DNA from: Lingula anatina
Taxonomy: Eukaryota > Animalia > Brachiopoda
Direction: 5' to 3'
Assembly: GCA_051362555.1 (NCBI GenBank)
Contig: CM120642.1
Location: 11,160,001 to 11,224,000, forward strand
Length of the DNA: 64,000 nt
Positions 1 through 9,300 of this stretch are shown in pieces. Under the pieces are notes generated by a model, which saw only the letters and a list, made by a program, of their open reading frames with translations, ran no database searches and was not told the DNA's origin. Each line of letters opens with the position of its first letter. Position 1 is the stretch's first letter. Made by a program: the position numbers and the translations under genes.

Positions 1-729
1 GGCAATCCGGTGGGAAACGGTCTTGTTTCTGTTGTTGCTCACGAAATTGGTCACAACTTCGTAGAATACCCTGGGGTGAATGCGAAGAGGTTCTTGTTGA
101 TGAAAAGAGCCTTACAAGGTAGTCCGGATATTTTCTGGCAGGATAACAATCGCTACGACTCTACGAAAACGCAGGAACATTTTGCAAGCAAAGGTTGGTT
201 TAATCCCAGTTCCGATAATTGGAACTCGATTTTACATGCCTATTTCAATGGACAGTTCATTCCTGAAGCTGCTCAGTACCAATATCAGATCATCACTAAT
301 GCTAACCCAGGCTACGTTGGGCTTACTCATCCCCAGGAATTCTTCGCTTCAATCGCCCAATGCTTCTCTATGGACTCCAAGATGCTGATGGACATTGCTG
401 TCGAACGTTTTCTTAGTACACCATCATACAAAGAGTCCATAAATCAAATCTTGTTCTTGGTTGAGTACTACTCTCTCGGTGGAAGCACTTCACGATTTTG
501 GATGCATACCCATTCAGGTAACATATATTATTATGAAGTTACCCTCGAAAGAAATCCCAAGGATCACATCGTCGTGGTGAGTGTCCCCAAAGATGTTGCG
601 AGGAAAGTTGACAACCATAATGAAGCATATTTGGTGGATTTGCCGAGTCCACATGTGTATCGGTTCCAGGTTGATGGCGATGGGTTTGTTACCGCCATTG
701 AGGAGTACCCGGCATATATCAATCCATAG
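1..729 (+). CDS. 3' end (partial terminal exon) of paralog 1 of the secreted FG-GAP/HExxH metallopeptidase-like gene
   Basis: Open frame from the window edge to TAG at 727-729. It aligns to 11051-11779 with about 21 amino-acid differences by manual count. Contains VAHEIGH and HPQEFFAS. The GTG start in the ORF track is not a real start. Confidence 0.9.
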   Translation, partial: GNPVGNGLVSVVAHEIGHNFVEYPGVNAKRFLLMKRALQGSPDIFWQDNNRYDSTKTQEHFASKGWFNPSSDNWNSILHAYFNGQFIPEAAQYQYQIITNANPGYVGLTHPQEFFASIAQCFSMDSKMLMDIAVERFLSTPSYKESINQILFLVEYYSLGGSTSRFWMHTHSGNIYYYEVTLERNPKDHIVVVSVPKDVARKVDNHNEAYLVDLPSPHVYRFQVDGDGFVTAIEEYPAYINP

Positions 730-1787
730 ACTTATAAGAAAACAATACAATCGAAATCGATCTTTATGTCCATTTTTCCTTCCACTAGACTAGAGGAGAA
801 ATAATATATCCAATGTGACATTAACCAGGCTATAACGTTTCTGTAAACATGTGACATTAACCAGGCTATAACGTTTCTGTAAACATGATCAAGTTCAGAG
901 TAAATAAATTTTTGAATGACATGTCTTGTTAATCATGGTTTTAACTAAACAAAATGGATCTTTACAAAAAAGCACAGAACACATTTCAACACCGGGTTTA
1001 TTTGTATAAAATTTCTAGGCCACTAGATGCAATTTCCCCAAACACTGAATTGCAAACACCACAACTGCCATAATCAGTTTATATGTATATCTGATTATGT
1101 GTCTTATAGCAGGTCAAGATAGCTACAAGCCAGCATTTTGAGGCTCAATTTTTTTTTTTTTTTGGATTCAATGATTTAAAATACTTTGGTGGATTTATCT
1201 TAATATTTTTTAAATAAGCGCAATAAGATCAGATTTACATAATAAAAACATTTATCGTAAAAAAGCATTTTACAAAGAAATTATGCAACTGTTGTCCTGT
1301 TTTGATAAATTGCAACATATTTGTCCAATGAAAACAGTCTAAAATTTTTCTGGAACTCGTGTATCTAATACACACGCCCCATGAAATGCGCAGGTTTACC
1401 TGTAGGTTGTAAAAGCAAAATTCCGAGATGCTGAAAGTTTCTCAAAATGAGAAACCAAAAAGGTGCCACCGCTGCTTACATGAGCATCAGTTATAAACCA
1501 AATGGCGGAAGACTAGCTTATCATCGTATCCCACTTATTCAGTTTAATACTGAGACAAGCTAGTGATGTTTACCGAAAAGCTCTGCCTTTAGATCGAGCC
1601 ATCTAAATCAGCAATATAAACTATTGGCAGAGTCATGTTTTCTTTTTCAAATCTTGAATTTCAGACAGTTTTATCAACTAAAGAAGTTTCCTTAGAGAAT
1701 CCTCTACAAATTAAAGTACAGATGTGTCTATGCCCAGACCTAGCTGTAAACGTTTTGTTTTATTTAAAGCTAGTAAATGTTGATAGT

Positions 1788-2229
1788 ACAGACGGTACTG
1801 GCAAGGCGTGCAAGGACCGGTCAAGACCTCCAAGGCAAGACGGGGGTCGGTAAGAAACAGCTTTACTGAAATAAAGTGTCCGTGATGTTTAATATTCCAG
1901 GTCATTTGTACTGAATGCTATACATGTACATAGGGAAAATGTTGCAGAATTAAACTTGTTTTCTTCTTCCTTTTAACTGCATGAAGTTATTTGTGTTTAG
2001 CACCAACCCTATAAACACAGACCTTGTAATGACTCCCCTACACAATTTTGTGCCACAAAATGTTCTCACCAAAACATCAGTAGTCTGCTAAGACACTATA
2101 TATAGGGGCTCCCCTCCGTATATAATGTCTGCATAACTTTTCGATCACGGTCTTATCAAGTATATCTGACATTAAACTATACTAGTTATACACTTACAAA
2201 TATCTGGTTTACATTCCACTTGTTAGTAA
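1788..2229 (-). pseudogene. FMO pseudogene fragment (end of exon 6, intron 6, start of exon 7)
   Basis: 1788-1865 encodes [25 protein letters not shown], identical to FMO-A exon 7, then has a ~240-bp deletion removing the C-terminus and stop. 2198-~2229 matches the end of FMO-A exon 6. No upstream exons are present. Confidence 0.88.
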
Positions 2230-3190
2230 CCTGAGATTGTTAAGTCTTTATTACTTATAAAGTTTGGCAAGGGCTACAAGTTTGCCTTCAAACAAGTATA
2301 TGCATCAAATGACTTTAAAAAACATGACCGGATTATAGTAACCAGATTATATTTGTCAGCTCGTGGCCTTATGGTGGGGAAAGTGGCGCTGGACGAGGGC
2401 TCCGTATGACGTGCATTTGCGGGAACGTACAAACTGTGGAACACGTTCACTTCAGGCTTAACAGAGAAATTCACTAACTTCAGAGTTAACGAATTTACTA
2501 GCAATATATACATGTGTATTTGTTTATTTTTCAAATTCAATTTTGACTGCCTGACTTGATGATATTGTAAAAGTGAAAAATGTTTATATGCTTCCACTCA
2601 AAATTCAGAATAATATAAAGAAAATACTTATCTATCTATTTATTGCAGTCCTCAAGCCAGTAATCGAAAGGCCTTTAGTGATGTTCATTATCCATAATTT
2701 TCAAACAGTTTACTGCCAAATCTATTATTAGGTGGACCAAAGCAACGAAGTGGTTAAATTTTTCAGAAACTCAGGTAAACTTATACATGTATATATTCCA
2801 CTTGTATAGACCATCAACATTATCCAAGAAAGCGGTGAGCACACATTGGTCAACACGTTGGGTAGAATTTGATAGCAGAAGTAGGAGCAAATTATGTTTT
2901 CTTGTGAGTACATATTATAACACGATTCAGATTGTCTTAAGCGACTGTGTTGCTCCAATACTGGGTAACAGATGCGGGTTATCAATTTAAATTGAAAGGA
3001 TAAGTTTTTAATTGTTTCTTGTAGCGTGTCGATCAGCAGACAATCAACCCGAAAATTGCTGTAATTTATGCTCCATAGTAAAAATTGCAGAGTAATTATT
3101 GAAAAAAATTATGTTACTTAGCGCGAGTTATACTGACGCGATTACTGTTCGGGTGCAATTTGAAGTGAGTATTACGAATAGTGATAAAAA

Positions 3191-3197
3191 TATATAA
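3191..3197 (+). promoter_or_regulatory. TATA-like box upstream of distal signal-peptide exon 1a
   Basis: TATATAA about 90 nt upstream of ATG 3284, at the position homologous to the TATAAA at 6241. Confidence 0.45.
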
Positions 3198-3283
3198 CTC
3201 GAGAGAATTAAGCAATGACTTCACAGCTTTATCTTATACCTGCCGTGCATCCCACAGTATGCATCTTCAAGCTGAAGTCAACA

Positions 3284-3345
3284 ATGGTGAAAATGCTGCT
3301 GTTTGTAGCGTGTTTAAGTTTGCTTATTTTATGTGGAAAAACAGG
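3284..3345 (+). CDS. Duplicated (distal) signal-peptide exon 1a: alternative first exon or relic of a deleted paralog
   Basis: Encodes MVKMLLFVACLSLLILCGKT followed by GG|gtaaat. Same length (62 nt) and phase-2 donor as exon 1b (6314-6375), so it is frame-compatible with the acceptor at 6740. Confidence 0.6.
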
Positions 3346-3544
3346 GTAAATATCTGGAAATAATATGACATTTGTGACAAAACAGAAGAGCATATCTTTT
3401 GTTTAAAACACGCAGGTACGTTTTTGTCAACTGGTGACCTTTTTGAAATCACTTTCATTAGTTGATAAAAACAGAAGAAAGTAATGCCAAAGCCAAATGG
3501 TTTAATACGTGCGATTCAGGTGGATGTTCCAAATATCTTATTAA

Positions 3545-4453
3545 AGGCTCGGTCACAACCGGACGCACGAATTTCAGGATCGTACGTCTCCTGCGATTTT
3601 TGGGTGTTGCGGAGGCCGTGGAGGTCGGTGAGGTAGAGGAAAATCTGCCTTGCGAGTGTGAAGGGCCACATGAGATGTCCTTTCAAGCAGGGACGCTAAC
3701 TGCAAGGAGCGATGGCCGTGGAAATTGTACTAATTTCTTGAGATTGTCTTGCTTCCTGTGTACGTGGCACACACTCACCACTTACGGAGGGAATGCAACG
3801 CACGGCGAAAGTAGTGCCCTTTTGCGTTAGTTTTGCTTCACACTTGCCTCAAACGATTGTGGTGAAGTACTGACGGTGTACGTCAGTTTTGCCCCTGTTC
3901 TCCTCTTTCTTCTTCTCCCTCCTCCCTTTTTTCTACTATGTAAACTTCTTTCTCTTGCCTTTTGGAGGCATATTTGAAACTAAATTGAGCAAAAATTTGA
4001 AAATTTTGAAAATTGTTATACACGTTACACAGTCGACGTTCATTATAAAGACACGAGCGTGCGTCGTGAGCACGCCTTTTATACACCAGGCGTGGGGGTG
4101 ACGCACCTGCGACGCATTCCCGGTATGCTCTCAAATTTGTTCGTTAGTTGTGAGGGCGTGCGCCTTACTCAACACGCAAATGGCACTTGATTCTTCATTG
4201 CTTGCGACGTGCGTCTTGCACAACGCGCGTCTCTCTTGCTAACTCCGTGCGAGAGGAGCAAGTTATGCTTGCGGCCTGTTCGCAGGCTATTCGTAGAATC
4301 TTTTGGACATGTCCAACATCCTCCGTACGTGCTTACGGGCTGTCTGCGAACTCGAAATTGCGTAAGAAGGACTTGCGTGGGACGTGAGATTCTGCGCAAA
4401 ATTTGGACGCAAACAACCCGTAAGAGCCCGTACGGCCGGGTGTGACCGAGGCT
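3545..4453. mobile_element. Non-autonomous PIF/Harbinger-like TIR element (~0.9 kb)
   Basis: Left end AGGCTCGGTCACAACCGGACGCACG versus reverse complement of right end AGCCTCGGTCACACCCGGCCGTACG. TAA on both sides (3542-3544, 4454-4456). No transposase ORF. Confidence 0.78.
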
Positions 4454-4455
4454 TA

Positions 4456-5564
4456 AGGCCCCTTTACACTGGACGGCGTCCTTTCTGCGTCCCTTCTGCG
4501 TTCAAAAATGTGGTCAGGACGCTCAACGGCAAAGCAATTAAATCGTGTCTCAGTGTAAAGGCGTCTGCGTCCGTTGTGCGTCCTTTGAACGACCGAATCT
4601 TGATTTTACCTGTTAAACTGCGAGCAATTTGCCTGCCTCCACTGTACGTCCCCTGTGCAACCCAAGGCGTCCATTGCGATGTTTGAGCGACCATTGAGCA
4701 TTCTTGCTGCGTTCTCTGTACCTTCATCGGCGATCAGTGGCGTCTATTCTACGATCATTCTGCATCCTGCTTGACCGATGAGCGTTGTTTGGGCGTCCTT
4801 CTCTATTTTCTAACTCATATTGTTCATCGGTTCTAACCAGGTCATCCAATAAAGAACATTTCTAGCACACAAAACAAATAAATGCCAATAAACGCTTTAA
4901 ACCATAGTGATGCAAGGTCTGTATGGACTGATTATCGGCCAGAAGCTCATTGTTATCCTTATAAGAAGGATGGACAGGCGCCGAAAACGAGAAAGTGTGA
5001 CTGACACAACATAGAATATTTGAATCCGTTTTCAAATGACGCATTCTGCAAAAAGTTCTGACAATTAATGCATCTTGTAAAAAAGGCAAAATATTCGTTT
5101 TATAATAACCTCAAAAAAAAAAAAATGGATCGTTTCATGAATTTTAGGGGGAAAAACAATTGGAGGCTGATATGAGACCACTGTTGCCCTTAGAATTCCT
5201 GTCTGGTGAAAAATACCTCAGCAGGGCCCCGTTTGACATTTTAAAAAATAATGTTCTACGTGCCGAACACTGGAAGATCTTTGAGTTTTCATTCTGCAAC
5301 CAAAGCGATGCTTGTGGCTCCTTTCTACGACCGCGGCGATGCTTGTGCGTCCTCTCTGTGACCACGGGGATGCTTGTGCGTCCTTTCTGCGTCCATTGAG
5401 AGACCATCCTTCACCGCGTTCTCTCTGCGATTATTTTGAACATGCTCAAAACTTGTGCGACCTTCGCGATCACTGTGCGTTCTTTGAGCGTCCGGCGACG
5501 TCTTGGCCAGTTTCATGGTCGCACAAAGGACGCAGAAAGGACGCCGTCCAGTGTAAAGAGGGTT
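4456..5564. mobile_element. Second non-autonomous PIF/Harbinger-like TIR element (~1.1 kb), abutting the first
   Basis: CTTTACACTGGACGGCGTCCTTTCTGCGTCC near 4462 is the exact reverse complement of GGACGCAGAAAGGACGCCGTCCAGTGTAAAG near 5528-5558. TTA flanks both ends. Exact termini are uncertain by 1-2 nt. Confidence 0.8.
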
Positions 5565-5937
5565 TTATTACCAGCAGCGTGACGACTGGCGGTACTCCTG
5601 GTTTTAGACCAGCCCCGTCTCGTACTGCTTCCCCGGTAAAAAAGAAGTCTGATCAGCGGTCCGATTCAAACGAGAAGACAATACTAGAAACCTGAAATTG
5701 TAAAGTCCTTACTTATAACGTTTGGTTACAAGTTTGTCTTCAAATATAATAGTCCGTGGGCCAATAATCAAAGGCCCTAAGAGATGTCCATTATATATGA
5801 TAGGCCTATTGAGGCAGCTTACTGAAATGTTTATCAGAAACTTTGTTATCATTAAAGTGACGATGGGTGAGAGCGTCAGATCCGATACCATGACAATGCA
5901 CTGGTTAAAATTTGAAATTTCAGAGACCCCAGGTAAT

Positions 5938-5964
<27 letters not shown>
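5938..5964. repeat. (CA)n microsatellite
   Basis: About 13 CA units, seen directly. Confidence 0.95.
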
Positions 5965-5968
<4 letters not shown>

Positions 5969-6240
5969 CAGATTATCTAATTGACTCTCGTTGCTTCAAA
6001 ACCTGCAGAACGGTTGGGGAGGATCAAATTAAATTCGAAAGACCTCTTGACTCATCGAGCCCGTTGAACTGACGAGCAGACAAACAACCCCATAATTGCC
6101 ATAATTTAACCTCGATAGTGCAAATTACCCAGGGATTTAAAAAACCACCTCAATTGGTGTAATCTTTGCGCGAGTTATCCTGGCACGAAAACTGTCCGGG
6201 TGCAATTTTAAAAAGTGTTTGAAATAGAGGTAAAAATGTA

Positions 6241-6246
6241 TATAAA
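6241..6246 (+). promoter_or_regulatory. TATA box upstream of proximal signal-peptide exon 1b
   Basis: TATAAA about 70 nt upstream of ATG 6314; position conserved in the duplicated upstream block. Confidence 0.55.
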
Positions 6247-6313
6247 CTGGGAGTATTAAGCAAAGACTGCTTAAATTTATCTTACACGGTACATCCCACC
6301 ATTGAAGTCGACG

Positions 6314-9300
6314 ATGATGAAAATACTGCTGTTTGTAACGTGCTTAAGTCTGCTTATTTCAAGTGGAAAAACAAGGTAAATATATCTAAATAATAATTTT
6401 ATAAAAAAAACACAGAAGAGGATATGTTTTTGTCAACTGGTGACGTTTTTTAAATCGCTATCATTAGCTGTTAAAAAAGTAGAAAGTTGTGTAGAAGCAA
6501 ACAGTTTTAACACTCCCTTTTCAGGCGGATGTTTACAATCGCTTCCAAAAATTCTGATAATTGTTTTACCATACAGTTTCATACCCAATTGTCAGCGTCC
6601 TCTAAGATAACATTCAGGCTTATGACATTGCTGTCATCGGATTTCCTCTATCCATTCTAGTCTAAATATTGATGTTTCCGTTTCTGTTCATTTACGTTAA
6701 TGTAAAAAACTTGTAATTTCATGTTGACCCTTATTGCAGTAAGAGGCAAGTGGATTGCAAGCCAGGAGTACCACTATACCGCAGCGTTTTTGAACCAGAC
6801 AGATTCACCATGGTCTCGGACGAAGGCGGCCAAGAAATGGAACTGGGGCCTCGAGGAGAGACGTGGACCTACACCACAGACTTCGATGACGACTGCGACA
6901 TTGACATTCTGGCCGGCAACGGGGGATATGTGTATTTGCTGGAAAATACTGGCAACTCGAGCAATGTAAGTACCATGTCCTCCAGACTGAATTTCTGGTC
7001 TATAATACAGACTTGACATTTAATATAGAATTTTTTTTCCAAATCATTTTTCATCTTTTTCCCCTATTTTGCTGACTAATAAATGAAAATAAGGATTAAA
7101 ATCGTGTTTTAATAATTATCTCTTTGATGTCATTGTGACATCAGTTCATTAATGTAATTCGCCAGAGAAGCAAACAAAAACACATTGCCTATTCTATGTC
7201 ATACGACACCATTAAAAGAGATATTTTGGACCTCCATATTTTCCAAATTATTGTCTGTAAAAGAGTAACACGCTCCACAAAGCACCCTAATGTTAGTGTC
7301 AAGTCACAGTAACGGTCGCTGTTACGCCTGGCCTCTTCTGGCTGCTACCAGCGCTGTCAAGTGGCAAGACATGGCTTGGGATAGGATCATTTGAAAAATT
7401 TAAAATAAATTTTAGAAATAAATTTTTCGATTTACCTTTAATTTGATGCGTTATTTTTCATATCAGGGTGAAATTTTACTGCCTGGTACCAGTTTTACAT
7501 GCCCTCCCCCCTGCTGCATTTTAGTGCTTATTTTGGCCGACTGGCGGCAGCACCTTACGGGTCATGTCATGTCACTGGCAGGATATCCCATTAATGTACC
7601 CTGACTTTTTTTATATTGATTGGGCCTTGAGTAGAAGTATTTAAACCTGAAGTGTTGTGTTTGTTGAAGCATGGAAAGTATTTTTAAGAGAATTCAACGT
7701 TACAATGGAAGTGAATGGGATTTTTAATAGTGGTTTGTAACCTGCACTCGCATAATATGCGGAATTGAAAACATGGAAAAGGTCAAGGACGTTTCAGATC
7801 GTTGACGGTGCGCGCGCGCCATCTGGTGTTAAGTCAGCGACTGATTGTTGAGTTGCGGTAACTGATTGTTGAGTTGCGGTAACTGACTTTTGGATCGTTT
7901 ATTGATTGTTAGATTTTGACGAATGATTCAAATGACCAAAACTAATTTAGTAGAATTAAGTTTAGATAGTTAAAGTAGGTTTTGGCTGTTAAATAGTGCC
8001 GATAGATTGTTGAATTGACGTCTGCATTTTTTGCGTGAATGGCGTTCCATAGTTTTTGTTTAGTTGCAACAGCATATCACGAAAGACAGTGGGTCCTGTA
8101 CCCTGGTGGTAAGATTACAATACATTGGGTGTGGCCTCTGTGTAGGTACATCAGTCTGGGCATTTCTCTATAAAACTGTGGGGACCTTTTCGTTTGGGGC
8201 AATTATCTATCTGGCAATGCCTGTCTTTTTCGCGCCATTCTGCCATAGATTAACACATTTATAAAGCACCGCATAGCTCATTTTACACACTGCAAACCCG
8301 ACCACTTGCATGCAAAATTTCAAATTCTTCTATGCAGTAGTTGCCGACGTATGGGCACTTTTTTGACAGAACCATGCTTTGCCAAAGCCAAGCGTTGACC
8401 CGCCCAAAAGAGCACTACCAAATTAAAACACTGCATATTACATAATGCAGCAGCGCAACAAACCTGGTATTCAGTTAATTGGTAGCGACACACCTGACTA
8501 CACACTTATCCATTCACATATCTTATTAAATGTCAAGTCTGTATTTCAACTTAGTTTCAGACGTTATTTGCAAAAGGTCGCTTAGATGTTTACTTTAATT
8601 GAGTCTCTGAATAAAGGACATAATTTAAGTCTTGTTTTTTTTTCTAACTTTATACAAAATCATTTAAACCTAGCGTGGATTCCATTCCCAGTAACGCATA
8701 TAAACCACCTGTACTATTTTCTTATACGACTGAAATAAAATCGGCATGCTAAGGGATATACCAAATCAATCACTGGATGAGCCATAAAAGAGCTTTTAAG
8801 GTTACAAACCACTATTAAAAATCCCAAACCGGACCACTTGCATGCAAAATTTCAAATTCTTCTATGCAGTAGTTGCCGACGTATGGACACTTTTTTGACA
8901 GAACCATGCTTTGCCAAAGCCAAGCGTTGACCCGCCCGAAAGAGCACTACCAAATTAAATCACTGCATATTACATAATGCAGCAGCGCAACAAACCTGGT
9001 ATTCAGTTAATTGGTAGCTTTTAAGGTTACAAACCACTATTAAAAATCCCATTCACTTCCATTGTAACGTTTAATTCTCTTAAAAATACTTTCCATGCTT
9101 CAACAAACACAACACTTCAGGTTTAAATACAGGTACTTCTACTCAATGCTTAAACAATATAAAAAAATCAGGGTACATTAATGGTATAGCCTTGCAGTGA
9201 CATTACATGGCCCGTAAGGTGCTGCCGCCAGTCGGCCAAAATAAGCACTAAAATGCAGCAGGGGGGGGCATGTAAAACTGGCCCCAGGCAGTAAAATTTC

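Larger units (their letters stand above)
1..2230. repeat. Segmental tandem duplication, copy 1 (homologous to 11051-~13710)
   Basis: Coding sequence, 3' flank and FMO intron/exon remnants align with 11051-13710 with indels. Similarity stops near 2230. Confidence 0.9.

Noticed and set aside
3462-5695. Multiple 60-127 aa ORFs as a transposase
   Set aside because: They are chance ORFs in GC-richer MITE sequence, with no DDE or DNA-binding motifs.
2761-5938. Possible 8-9 nt micro-exons (tttcag AAACTCAG gtaaac at ~2767; tttcag AGACCCCAG gtaatc at ~5924)
   Set aside because: They lie upstream of the putative TATA boxes, differ in length and have no supporting upstream exon. They cannot be supported without RNA data.
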